From Gekko japonicus (Eukaryota), in the NCBI RefSeq assembly GCF_001447785.1, contig NW_015165830.1, positions 2,434,644 to 2,498,643 on the forward strand: a stretch of 64,000 bases of DNA, read 5' to 3'. Both the position numbers and the translations under genes were made by a program. Below the pieces are notes generated by a model. The model searched no databases. It was not told the origin of the DNA and saw only the letters and a list, made by a program, of their open reading frames with translations. Within the stretch, counting starts at the first letter, position 1; every line of letters begins with the position of its first letter. Shown piece by piece: positions 24,923 to 37,227 of this stretch.

Positions 24923-25709
24923 ATGTTCCCAGAGGTGGGTGACAGTGAGGGTGAGGAGCTACCCACCTTTTCTTTTCTAAAGAAGCAGCTACCTCTGAGA
25001 GATGAAGTCGTTGTCCTCTCCAGCTCGGATTCTGAGGACTCATCCACTCTGTCTCCTGCATGGAAAAAGGCCTGTAGTGGACAAGATTCAGCCGAAGCAG
25101 CTATTCAGCTGAAAAAAATGTCAGAACTCAGCAGTGAAAGTGAAGAGGATGAGGACCTGATGCCCTTGGCTGAAAGGCTCAGGAAGAACCTCTTGAACGC
25201 CAAGCCTTCTACAGCTGGGGCTTCATTTACTAGAATCCAGGAGCCAAGAAGCCAAGACTTGGTTGGGCACAAGAGCCTACACTCAAATGATGAGCAAGTA
25301 GCCACTGATTGCTGGCAGCAGTCACAACCCAGAGCACCAGACGTTTGGAGGAGAGCTGTACCGAATACTTGGGAGTTGTCAGACAGCGACCAGGAAGAGG
25401 CTTCCAGAGTTCCCAAGAAACAATCTGTGAACCAGCTTTCAGTTTGTCTCTCTCAGTGCTCAGAAGAAAATGGAAGCCACCAAATAGCTGAGATGAACCC
25501 GAAGTCCTTCCCTGTTCAGACAAAAACAAAACACAGCCAGGAGGAACTTGACAAAGCTTACCAGGCCGCCATACAGAAGAGAAAAGATCAAGAAACTCGG
25601 AAGAGGCTGCAGGAGCAGGAAAGGGAGAGGAAGAAGGCTCTTGCCAATCTGCGGAAGGCTCAGAGACCGGAAGAGTGTCTGAAACGCATTCAAATAGTGC
25701 TGGATCCAG
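24923..25709 (+). CDS. EME1: EME1 coding exon 1 (large disordered N-terminus)
   Basis: [21 protein letters not shown]...[18 protein letters not shown], donor G|gtattg. Confidence 0.92.
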
Positions 25710-28700
25710 GTATTGCCCTTTCATTCCTAGCTCTGTTAGGAGTTAATCTTTTACCCTCCCTACGGATCCCTGACCTCTATCCCCACTTTAGGTCTTTTAC
25801 AGGTAGAAGGTGGTGGACAGGTGCTTACCACTCTGCAGTCCATGGACTGTAGCTACATCATTGCGAATCAAGCAGTTCCCTGCAGTATTACCTGGAGAAG
25901 GAAAACTGGACTAACTCAAGTAGGGAAGCAAACATCTCCCCCCCCTTACCCCCCATTTCTAGCAAATGGCTATGTTGGCACAGGCTGTTGACTGTCAGTG
26001 GTATTTCTTTGGTGACTTTGTTGTTCTGACAGATCTTAATAAACATGTAGTTGAAGGTTTTCTTCTTTTAATCCCTGCAACACGTGCACGAAGTGGTACA
26101 TTCCTTTCCCAGCAATATTTTCTGTGTTACCCGAGCAAATATTTCAAGAGTTATCTCCCTCATCACTAAAGCTTGTTGTAAGTTGTGGGCCTATACCCAA
26201 CAATATAAACAATTAAGCTGTGATGCACCTTGTGGGAAATTTTCTGAGGATTCCTCCAGAATAGAATTCCGGCACTGAAGATTTCAGTAGTTTGTAATAG
26301 TTCTCCGGACCCCTATTACTCTCGGATCCCCATCTTCATCCAAGATTGCTCACTAATTCACCCTCTTTGGAAACAATCTGAATTTAATTCCAAAGTGAAG
26401 CCAATTCCATAGTCATTGAGTTGGGTGTTGTTTGTAGTCTAGCTTTGCTGCATATAATTTGATGAACAGCTTTATTCTGTAGTTACCATCATGTAAGTTT
26501 AATTAATATGTTGCATAGTAGTGGGATACATTCTATGAAGAATGTGGCTTTCTTTGCTAGACCAATTTCAGAGGGTAGCTGTTTTGGTCTGTAGTAAACG
26601 CGTTGGATTCGAGCTCAGCAGCACCTTAGAGACCAACAAGGGTTTCAGGGGATGACCTTTCGAGAGTAAGAGCTCCCTCTGTCAGATTCCTGCTTGTGTC
26701 TGACGACAGGAGCTTTGGCTCTCAAAAGCTCCTACCTTGAAAATCTTAATGGTCTCTAAGGCGCTACTGGAATTGAATCTATTTGTTAGACCAAATGCAC
26801 AGTAGTTCTGCAGTATTTGCAGTGGAGTTCCCCCCCCCCCCCGATAATTGCCATTATATTTATTTATTTCCTTTACTTGTAGCCTGACTTCCTCACTGAG
26901 ACATGAGGCAGATTACAGTATGTAAAAACAATGCACTCAGGAAAAAGATGTCCCATACAAATCTGACAGGACTAGGATCACAAAATCAAAAAAAAAAAAA
27001 AACCCAATGCAAACAAAACCTGGTATAAGGTATGGCACATCACAAACAATGTAGAGAATGGAATTATTCTATGTATTTTCTTTGTCTTCGACTCTCCTCT
27101 GGTCTTAAGTCTGTGGTGTTTGTGTCCGAAGGCTGAAGATGACAACTGGAAAGAAGAACCCGACATCCTTGTTCTCGTGCTCCTAGAAGACTTTGTCTCC
27201 ATGATCCAAAACGATAAGCTGGTGAGGTCACTTCTAGTTGCTGTTCAGTTAGCTAGTGACAAGATTTATGGTGGCTTTTGGCAAAAAAAAGGCCAAATGC
27301 TGAAAAACTGCAGAGGTCTATTGTGACAGTCCTGGAAGCAGGTTCACAGATTGTAAATGCTTTGTTTCGTTGGGGAAGGTTTGCTAGTTCATGAATCGGC
27401 AGAGATGATTTTATAACCATATGGATTTGGTTGGAGGTTATGGGTTTTTGCCTTGGTCCAAAAAAGTATAGCTTCTCCTTTTTTAAATAGGTTAGCATGG
27501 AAGGATCTAGTGTGACTCTGCAGAACTTTGTGGCTGATGTCAAGAAGAAAATCCCTGGGAAAACTCTGGCAATGGCTGTAGTTGAACTAGAAAAATACTT
27601 CAGGTTAGAATTGTTCGTTGCAGAGATGTTTGGATTTTGTTTTTTCTTTTCCTGAATTGGTTTGGAACTAAGGTACTGTTTTTGTAGAGGTGGGTAATTT
27701 TTTCTTGCTTTAGGATTCACTCAGCTGTCATCTGAATTCCTGGCAGACTCTACTCTTTACCTCACGTTGTGTCATGGGGGCACCATGTTTGACAGCAAAT
27801 CTTTGGCATATAAAAATCTGTTTTGTATATTTGCATCATTTAGCAGGCCTAAATTCTCTGGCTAAGATGGGCTGGGGGAAAAGGCAAAAATAAATCAACA
27901 GTTCAGAGACAAGACCCAAGAATGAAGAATTAAAAGACTGACTCATTTTCTCCCCTCATTGTATCTAAGTAGCATTGTATTTCAAGACAAAGTATGCTAT
28001 CAAAGCAGAGCTGGTTGACCCCAACTTCATTGTGTATATGCTGTTTTGGGACCAGTTTTAGAATGGATATGTTGTGGTTGGTAAAGTTGTTTTCTGTGGT
28101 AATTATTGCTCATCTCGAGTATGAAATGGTGCAACCTGCTATCACCACAGGTGCTGCCTGTGGAGTAGTGAAGCACAGGATGAGAGAGACATTTGTCACT
28201 TTTCCTCACAGGCAGCAGCTCTCACTTGCCCATTCTTCAGGGAAGACAAAGACACGACGAGGAGTGGAGGAGGGGGCTGGAAACGCCTCCTTTCCCCTGC
28301 CTCATGGGAAGGGGCTTCAGACAGCGCGCAACATGGTTCTACCAGGCCACATGCAGGCCATCTGTTGTGCACTCATGCTGCAGACATATACAACATATTT
28401 TCAAGTGTATGTTTGGAAGTGAATAATTTTGTCCACAATTAACATGCTATAATGTGTATGAAGATAATCGTTCAGGGCTTTCCATTTTAGAAACTTTAAT
28501 GCTATCTATATATGCCACTGCCCTTATTTATGGCCATGTGAGATAGTTTCTGTCCAAGGTACACAATTCCTTTTCTTTACTACACAATCTGTGTTGACTA
28601 TTTTCAACTTTTTTTCCTTACCACTCAGATAGCCCAGACCAAGAGATATGTGCTTAAGATAGAATAGGGTGTACTTTGCAGCACTTTCCGCCTCTAGAAT

Positions 28701-31700
28701 TGGCTATGTTTGTATTTTTTTATTGTAGAAAGTTAAGGCATGTATCCTTTTACATTTCATAAATATTCAAAATAGTACAGTGTTATATGCCAAGTAAGTT
28801 ATAAATGATGGGTTTTATGTTTAAAGCAGTTCAAGAAATTCCACTTTCGTAAAAAAAGCAAAACCTCAGGCTTCAAAATTTCTAGAAATTTTACGCCTTT
28901 AGCCTAAGTGAAAGAAGTCCTTCCCATTGTTGTATAAAAAAAGGTTTATTGTACAAACCCAGAGCATATATCCTGGGAAGAAATTCAAAACTGGCAGTAC
29001 TCTAACTCAAAACTCAGTTTCTTTCTGTCATGGCTGTGTGCTTACTGAGGTGGTCAAACTTGTCTGAGAGCTTGTTTGCAGTTCTGCCACTCATTTTACT
29101 CCTGCTGCCCCTTTTCTGGAATAACTGACTATTGATTTAAGTTTTTGTCTTCTTAGTTCTCACAAGCAGAAGCAACAAAAGAGACTGCAGCGAGCCCTAC
29201 CAAACAGCAGTGAGGTACAGGGACAGGGAAAACAAAGGAATCGGAAAGGGAAGACCATTCCAGCCCCAGAGTTATCCAGAGTGGATGTGGAAGAAGTGAG
29301 TTTGGAACAGTAGGCATGTGTTTTTTACAGGACATCTCTTCAATACAGTTAAGTCGTCTCCTGCAAAGAACTTCTTCAGGGAATTATACCCTTCAGCTGC
29401 CAGACATTTGACCTCAGTCTTCTGCGTGGGTTGGTAGGTACAGTTGTGCCATGGCTGGAGCACACAGCAAAACACAAAGGCTGAAGAAACCAGCCACATT
29501 GTGGGTCACAGCTGATTTACGTATTTAGGAATTATATAATCACAGAGTTGGAAGGGGCCAATACAGGCCATCTAGTCCCACCCCCTGCTCAATGCAGGAT
29601 CAGCCTAGAGCATCCCTGACTAGTGTTTGTCCAGCTGCTGCTTAAAGACTGCCAGTGAGGAGGAGGAGATGCATAGGCTGCCAAGATGGCTAACAAAGTA
29701 CAGAAATAAATAATAAAAGCATAAGACATAAAATCATTTTTAAAAGGAATAAAATTGGTGATTTTTTTTTTAAAAGGCCACAGGACATAAACAACAACAT
29801 GTCATTTACTCAGATAAAAGCAGTAATAAAATAGCAATAACCATAAAAACAATATGTAGACTATAAAACAACTAGATGAAAAAGATGGGACAAAACGTCT
29901 ATTGCGTCTTTCTTTAGAAATTTATACTCTGCGTTTTACCCGAAGAGGGATCTAAAGTGGCTTATAACATCATTCTTCCTCCTCCATTTTATCCTCACAC
30001 AAACCTGTGAGGCAGGATAGGCTGAGCAAGAGTGGCTGGCCGAGAGTCAACTGGCAAGCTTCCATTGGCAGTGGAGATTCAAACCTGGGTGTCAGATCCT
30101 CTGCCACTCTAACCACTATAGCAAATTGTTTCTCTATTAAAAGCCTGGATAGAGAGAAATGATCAGGCCTGGTGCCTAAATGACAGTATGGAGAGGCCAA
30201 ATGGGCCTTCTGGGGGGGAAGGCATTCCAAAGGGGGAGGCAGTCCTTCAAATGCAGAAGTATTATGACTGAGAGTATTGTAAGTCAGATTGGCAGACAGT
30301 TTGGTTGAAGACTGGAGAACCAGCCTTGAAAAGCAGCTTGACTGTCTTAGATTCTACATTTTTAGCTGTTGTACATATGTAAGCCGCCCTGAGCCTGCCT
30401 CGGCTGGGAGGGCAGGGTATAAATTGAATAAAATAAATAAATACACCTTCTCACAGGAGGTGTCCTTTTCTAAGGTGAGGGGAATGGTTAAGATTGTGTA
30501 CTGTACCAAAGTGGTGACTTGGGTAGTAGTATCGTCCCATATTCCAAAGGTAGGCTGCTTTGCTCACCATTTAGTCTTTCCATTTGCAGGCTTTAGTGGG
30601 GCTACAGCTTTCCACGGGCATCCAGGTTCGAATCCTCGAGAGCTGGAAGGAGTTTGCTGATTTTGTCAGCATGTTCACCAAGGCTGTAGCTGAAGCACCA
30701 TTCAAGTGAGTGAGGAAATAAAGACGCCTATTTCTCAGGGCGTTTCCTGGGGATATGTCAGCAGCCTGAATTTAAGGGGATGCTGCTGGAGATGCAACCA
30801 TCAACCTCCAGTGCAAGGCCTTTCACTTAAATCTGAAATATTCATTATTGAAGTGGGGCCTCAGTGGAGGTCTCTGGGGAGGCCTGAGGTAAAGTCCTCT
30901 GTGCAGCAGTTCTCCATTGGTACCATCTTCAGTTTGCTACTGCTGCCACCTTAGGCCTAGTTAGGCCTAGACATCACCGAAGAAGCTTGTGTGGACCCCT
31001 GCCAAGACCTCTTACATTCTCCTACCTTTTCTCCCAGCTCATCTGAAAACATCAAGACCTCCTCCTATTTCACTCACTTCCTGGCTTCTGCCTGAACTGG
31101 CTCCATCTTTAGATAGCATCACATGTTACAGAAAGGCTGGCTTCCTGCGTTTGTAGGGCAGGTTGACTGTGTCGTCTTTGTAATTCTTGAGGAGCACGTT
31201 TCCAAAACATACCTGAGAGTTGCAATTGGCTGGGGATCTTGAATGTATTTTCTGCTTTCAGGCATTCAAATGCTATAGGAAAGACAGTTGCCTGATGGTA
31301 GACCCTCAGAGTGCTGCTTCTACTGCACCACTCCTTGAACCGGGTTATCGCACTCAGTCTGAATTTCTTGTGTTTAAAATGCATTGTTTGTATTGGAATT
31401 TCCTTTCCATGCTCATTAGATTGCATTTCTCCTTTGTACCTTTTACAGAAGAGAACGGGATAAACCCAGCTTTTCCTTCTGCTTGGAGGGTGACTGGATT
31501 GGAGGTAGAAAGGTAGACTGCTCTGGAAAAGGTCTGCTGCAAGTTTGGAAGAGACAGCTTCAGCAGTTTAACCGGGTCAGTTTAGAGATGGCTAATGCCA
31601 TCGTGACCAAATACCCTTCTCCACTGCTCCTTGTACAGGTACGTTATTCTCCTGCAACAAGAATGGCTGTATTTCATGTGCAGACATGGAATCTCAATGT

Positions 31701-34700
31701 TTATGCCATGTTTACATGTTGAAATTCTCATTCTTTTTTAAAACATCCAGCAAAGTCCACAAGCCACATAGGGAATCCAATTCTGGGAAGAAAAACAAAT
31801 CAATGCATATTTGTCTAATTTGTAGAGCTTCTGTAGTGTGGAATATTCATAGTCCTGAACAAATATAACTAGGGGTCATTTGGGACCGGAGCACTACTCA
31901 TTCTACCCATTTTCAAAAGGTTTTCAAAAAAGAAATACCCTCAAAGATTTAGCTCCATAAAATCCATGTCCTGCTCTAAGTTGCTGTTACCTGTCAGGTC
32001 TTGAAGAACTCACTCCTAACACACTCTTGGCAGTGATTTGTTGAGAGGTAAAGAGGTTTCAAGCATAGATGAATCTGTGTCAGAACTGACCCCTTGGCAC
32101 CAGTTCCCCAATTATACATAATTCAAACAATCCCCTCCTAGTGACCAAACCAATCACACCCAGATATCCAGCCTGCCAAAATCTACGGTGCACCATCAGT
32201 CCTCCTCCAACACCTGCAAATCTATAGTTACATTATCTAGCAGTGTTTGGTACCAGCACCTGGTATTCAAGGTCAAGCACACATACTTCCTAGCAAAGAG
32301 AGCCAGTTTGGTGTAGTGGTTAAGTGCACGGACTCTAATCTGGGAGAACCGGGTTTGATTCCCCACTCCTCCACTGCTATGTTGGACTTGATTCTCACCA
32401 ACAGGAAAGAACTAGTTCACAAGGTGAAAGTAGCTGGCACACTGGGTAGTATTGACAATGTAATTTTGGAATTTACAGTCTTGGGGAAGGAAAAAGCTAT
32501 ATGTACTTCAGAAAAGCAAATTTTAACAAACTTAAAGTTATGCTGGGTAGAATCCCATGGTCAGAAATACATAAGGAGAAGGGAGTTCAAGAGGGATGGG
32601 AGTTTCTTAAAAGTGAAATACTGAAGGTACAATCACAAACGGTTCCTATGAGAAGAAAAAATGGGAGGAGCTTAAAGAAACCAAGGTGGTTCCATAAACA
32701 GCTTTCTAAAGATTGGAGAAATAAAGACTCATTTAGGAAACGGAAGGAGGGCCTTATAACCAAGGATGAATATAAACAAATAACCAATGCTTGTAGGGGG
32801 AGTGTTAGAAAAGCTAAATCTCAGTATGAGCTTAGGTTAGCAATAGATGCTAAAAACAACAAAATAGGATTCTTTTGTTATGTTCAAAGTAAGAAAAAGA
32901 GCAAGGACATGGTGGGCCCACTGTGGGAACAGGAAAGTGAAATTGTAACAGGTGATGAAGAGAGGGACGAACTGCTCAGTTCCTACTTTCTCTCAGTCTT
33001 CTCTTGTGAGGGAAACGGTGCTCAACATGTCAAAAACATGAGAACATAAGAGACGCCAATGTTGGATCAGGCCAATGGCCCATCCAGTCCAACACTGTCA
33101 CACAGTGGCCAAAAATACCAGGTGCCATCAGGAGGTTCAGCATCATTTGCCCCATACTGAGAGTTCCTATCTATACCTTGTGGCTAATAGCCACTGATGA
33201 ACCTCTGCTCCATATGTTTATCCAATTCCCTCTTGAAGCTGTCCATACTTGTATTCGCCACCACCTCCTGTGGCAGTGAATTCCATGTGTTAATCACTCT
33301 TTGGGTGAAGAAGTACTTCCTTTTATCTGTTCTAACCTGACTGCTCAGCAATTTCATTGAGTGCCCACAAGTTCTTGTATTGTGAGAAAGGGAGAAAAGT
33401 ACTTCTTTCTCTACCTGCTCTATCCCATGCATAATCTTATAAACTTTGATCATGTCATCCCAAGCTGTCGTTTCTCCAAGCTAAAACAAAACACATAATG
33501 AGGGGAGTTGCAGCCTAGGTTCAGCAAAGGGGTGGTACATAAACAACTAGTTCAGGGGTGTAAAGCATAAGGCCCAGGGGCCAGAACCGGCCCATCCAAG
33601 GCTGTTATACGGCCCACGAGCAACTAGTGCAAGGGAGGGAATGGAAGACTGCTTGAGGGGAGTGGGTGGAGCCACTCTGATTGTGGCTTCAGCATGGTGG
33701 AACAACCTCATCTGCAGCAGTCAAACAATGTGGGAGCATCTGCCCATTGCTGCACTGCTCACTCTCCAGTCTGCCCATATGGGTTTTCCTTTGCATCCTC
33801 CTCCCAGCCCATGGGAATTTGCAGTGATGATACACCAACTCGGAAACAGCTGCTCTCTTTTATGCAGTTTCTATCTAAGGTACCTGGCATTGTTTTATGG
33901 CCCACATGGCCCGGTCCAACAAAGTGACATTTATGTCAGATCCGGCTCTCATAACAAATCAGTTCTACATCTCTGACCTAGTTTCTTTAAACGAAACTAA
34001 GTCCTCAGGGCCAGATGAATTGCATTCAAGGGTACTAAAAGAACTCTCGAATGTAATTTCTGAGCCTTTGTCCGTTATTTTTGAGAATTCTTGGAGAACA
34101 GGTGAAGTGTCGGAAAATTGGAGGCGAGCAAATGTTGTCCTCATCTTCAAGAAGGGGGAAAAAGGAGGATCCGGGCAACTACTGACCCGTCAGCTTGACA
34201 TCTACACCTGGAAAAGTTTTAGAACAAATCATCTGTCAGTCAGTCCTTGAGCATTTAGAAAGGATAGCTGTGATTACTGAGAGCCAGCATGGGTTTCTCA
34301 AGAACATGTCATATCAGACTAACATTATGTCTTTTTTCAAGAAAGTTACTACCTTGCTGGATCAGGGGAATGCTGTAGACATAGTTTATCTTGATTTCAG
34401 TAAGGCTTTTGATAAGGTTCCACATAATATTCTTTTTGACAAGTTGGTAAAATGTGGTTTGGATCCTACTACTGTTAGATGGATCTGTAACTGGTTGACA
34501 AATCACACCCAACGAATGCTTGTTAATGGTTCCTCATCCTCTTGGAGAGGAGTGACAAGTGGAGTGCCTCAGGGATCTGTCCTGGGACCTGTTTTGTTCA
34601 ACATCTTTATCAATGATTTGGATGAAGGAGTAGAGGGAATGCTTATTAAATTTGCAGATGACACTAAATTGGGAGGGGTAGCAAATATGGTAGAAGACAG

Positions 34701-36213
34701 TCAGGATACAGGATCATCTTGACAGGCTGGAGAACTGGGGTAAAACAAATAAAATAAATTTCACTGGGGATAAATGTAAAGTTCTGCATTTAGGTAAGAA
34801 AAATCAAATGCATAATTATAGGATGGCGGAAACTTGTCATGGCAGTAGTATGTGTGAAAAGGATCTAAGGGTCTTAGTAAAGTCAGCAGTATGAGATGTG
34901 GTAGGTAAAAAGGCAAATGCGATTTTGAGCTGTATCAACAGAAGTATAGTGTCCAGGTCATACGTAGCGATGGTATTGCTTTACTCTGCTCTGGTTAGAC
35001 CACACCTAAAGTATTGTGTTCAGTTTTGGGCACCACAATTTAAAGATATAAACAAGCTGGAACGTGTCCAGAGGAGGGTAACAAAGATGGTGAGGGGGGG
35101 TCTGGAGACCAAGTCCTTTGAGGAAAGGTTGAAGGAGCTGGGTATGTTTAGCCTGGAGAGGAGAGGACTGAGAGGTGATATGATAACTATCTTCAAATAC
35201 TTGAAGGGCTGTCATATAGAGGATGGTGCAGAGTTGTTTTCTGTTGCCCCAGGAGGTTGGATCAGAACCAACAGGTTGAAATTAAATCAAAAGAGTTTTC
35301 AGCTAGACATTAGGAAGAACTTACTGACAGAGCAGTTCCTCAGTGGAACAGGCTTCCTTGGGCGTTGGTGGGCTCTCCTTCTTTGGAGGTTTTCAAACAG
35401 AGGCTAGATGGCCATCTGACAGCAATGCTGATTCTGTGAACTTAGGCAGATCACAAGAAGGGAGGGCAGGAAGGGTTGCATCAGTGCTTAGTTCTCATGG
35501 CCCTTTCTTACAAGCTCAGGGAAATACCAATTGCCACTTTGGGGTCAGGAAGTAATTTTCTCTAGGCCAGTTTGGCCGGGGATCCTGGAGGGGCTTTTTT
35601 GCCATCTCCTGGGCATGGAGCAGGTGTCACTGGGGCATTGTGCAGGGGGTTGGACTAGGTGACCCTGGAGGTCCCTTCCAACTGTATGATTCTATAGTTT
35701 ATTTAATTACTCATGCACTATAATAGTTAGGAATGCATTCCTAATATCAGACTAAACTTCCTTCAGCTGTACAACCCACCCCCCAGCAGCTGTTTACTGC
35801 TGTCTCATGGGTGGAAAGTAGAAAAATAAATCTCTGGCTATGAGTGATAAGTAAACAAATAGACTGGTCTAGGGTGCATGTTTACAGTTAGAAGTAGTGG
35901 TTTCCGCATCACAACAATGATGCATTGTGGTTACCTATTTGGGAAAACATGAGAATTCAAAGTCAACCTGACCATTGCTACAGAATACGTTATACTATTT
36001 TAGTGATCCAGTCTTGATCTGTGTTACATTTAGGCCTACAACACCACCACTTCTGAACAGGAGCGACAGAAGCTTCTTGCAGAGATACCTGTACGCCGTG
36101 GTGATGGTGTGACTGCCACTACAAGACGGGTTGGTCTGGAGCTCTCCAAACGGATTTACTTACAGATGACTTCCCATAATCCTGACCTTTCACTGGATGA
36201 ACCAAAAATATAG
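24923..36213 (+). CDS. EME1: Crossover junction endonuclease EME1 (MUS81 partner), 8 coding exons, 580 aa
   Basis: Exons 24923-25709, 25792-25919, 27132-27221, 27491-27603, 29157-29295, 30590-30705, 31449-31638 and 36034-36213 join in frame (1743 nt). Motifs [77 protein letters not shown] and [11 protein letters not shown] match vertebrate EME1. Confidence 0.97.
25792..25919 (+). CDS. EME1: EME1 coding exon 2
   Basis: [43 protein letters not shown]. Confidence 0.93.
26566..26781. mobile_element. Palindromic Penelope-like terminal-repeat insert with two degenerate hammerhead motifs
   Basis: Two inverted copies; 13-bp TSD tttg(c/t)tagaccaa. Confidence 0.7.
27132..27221 (+). CDS. EME1: EME1 coding exon 3
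   Basis: [30 protein letters not shown], donor gtgagg. Confidence 0.9.
27491..27603 (+). CDS. EME1: EME1 coding exon 4
   Basis: [37 protein letters not shown]. Confidence 0.92.
29157..29295 (+). CDS. EME1: EME1 coding exon 5
   Basis: [12 protein letters not shown]...[10 protein letters not shown], donor gtgagt. Confidence 0.92.
30590..30705 (+). CDS. EME1: EME1 coding exon 6
   Basis: [38 protein letters not shown]. Confidence 0.95.
31449..31638 (+). CDS. EME1: EME1 coding exon 7
   Basis: [19 protein letters not shown]...[26 protein letters not shown]. Confidence 0.95.
31904..32375 (-). repeat. Inverted copy of 44380-44851 (unique flank + 3' half of 3' LTR + SINE head)
   Basis: Reverse complement aligns across the LTR end, TSD, ~85 bp of unique flank and the SINE junction; about 95% identical by eye. 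Confidence 0.92.
33035..33484 (-). mobile_element. Second CR1 3' fragment nested antisense in the first
   Basis: ORF 33184-33453 (RTCGHSMKL...[20 protein letters not shown]), (CTTATGTT)n-type tail. Confidence 0.88.
33553..33975. mobile_element. Non-autonomous hAT element nested in CR1
   Basis: CAGGGGTGTA...TACATCTCTG ends; 8-bp TSD aactagtt/acctagtt; CR1 frame resumes across it ([18 protein letters not shown]). Confidence 0.8.
36034..36213 (+). CDS. EME1: EME1 coding exon 8 (last)
   Basis: [59 protein letters not shown]. Confidence 0.95.
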   Translation, partial: AYNTTTSEQERQKLLAEIPVRRGDGVTATTRRVGLELSKRIYLQMTSHNPDLSLDEPKI

Positions 36214-36425
36214 ATTGAAGCAGACTCTCTGTTCAAACTATTCATTTTATTATGGGGGGGAGCATTAAACATTTTTGAAAACATAAAAGTTTCTCAGAGC
36301 CTGGAAAGGAGAAATGACCCTGCCTACAGAAGTCTTCTCAGCCAACAATCCCAAATCTGTCTTCGTCCACTGCAGCTAATTGAAAACGTTTACTTTCATT
36401 TGTGAGATATGGTGGCAGTCTGGCA

Positions 36426-36431
36426 AATAAA
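36426..36431 (+). terminator. Candidate EME1 polyadenylation signal
   Basis: AATAAA about 210 nt after the stop codon. Confidence 0.55.
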
Positions 36432-36748
36432 CTTTTTAAAAAGCAACTGTTATCCCAAACTGCTATATAACCCATGAGCAGTAAATGGCTATCATGCACA
36501 GTGTTAACCTCAAAGCAGAATAGTGGAAGTTAAAGCTGTCTGTGAATAAGTCTGACTTCATATATTGTTATTTCAACGTAGAGCTGCCCATCCACCAAAC
36601 TGGAACAATATTCTCCTTTCATTCCATAGGTTATAGAAGACCTTAAACTCTACATTCTTGTTTGCAAGAGCCCAACCTATAATCCGTTCATATTGAATGA
36701 TAGGTTTGATTATACTTCAAAGAACAATGGATTATGGAATTTGGGTAA

Positions 36749-37227
36749 TGTCAGACTCGGGCCTCGTTTGCCATATGTTTTCTTAACTGTCTGTCTTTGA
36801 TGTCTGTAAGCTCACTGCCTTCTTAGTCTGGCTGGGAATTGGGGAGTGTATGTGTGGAATTGCTTTGCTGAGAGTCACACTGGCTTGTAACTGTGTCCAT
36901 GTGAGGCCTCCCTTTGCTGGGACGTATGTATGCTTGACCTTGAGTACCAGGCACTGGTAGCAGACACTGCTAGGTAATGTAACCGTAGATTTGCAGGTGT
37001 TGAAAGAGGGCTGATGGTGCACCGTAGATTTTGGCAAGCTGGATGTCTGGGTATGATTGGTTTGGTCGCTGGGGAGGGATTGTTTGAATTATGTATAATA
37101 GGGGAACTGGTGCCAAGGGGTTCAGTTCTGACACAGATTCATCTATGCTTGAAACCTCTTTACCTCTCAATAAAGAAATCCCTGCCAAGAGAGTGTTGTT
37201 GGGAGTGAGTTCCTTCAAGACCTGACA
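36749..37227 (+). repeat. 5' LTR of Gypsy element
   Basis: TGTCAG...CTGACA termini, TATA-like TATAATA 37094-37100, AATAAA ~37169; roughly 90% identical by eye to the 3' LTR. Confidence 0.93.

Larger units (their letters stand above)
32373..35696 (+). mobile_element. 5'-truncated CR1 LINE (ORF2 remnant) in the last EME1 intron
   Basis: [69 protein letters not shown]; CR1 3' end ...ccaactgtatgattctat. Confidence 0.95.

Noticed and set aside
31992-32296. Independent solo LTR insertion
   Set aside because: It carries the unique flank and SINE junction of the 3' LTR at 44015-44762, so it is a copy of that locus.
32298-32372. tRNA gene-like sequence
   Set aside because: It is the tRNA-derived head of a SINE, copied from the 3' LTR insert.
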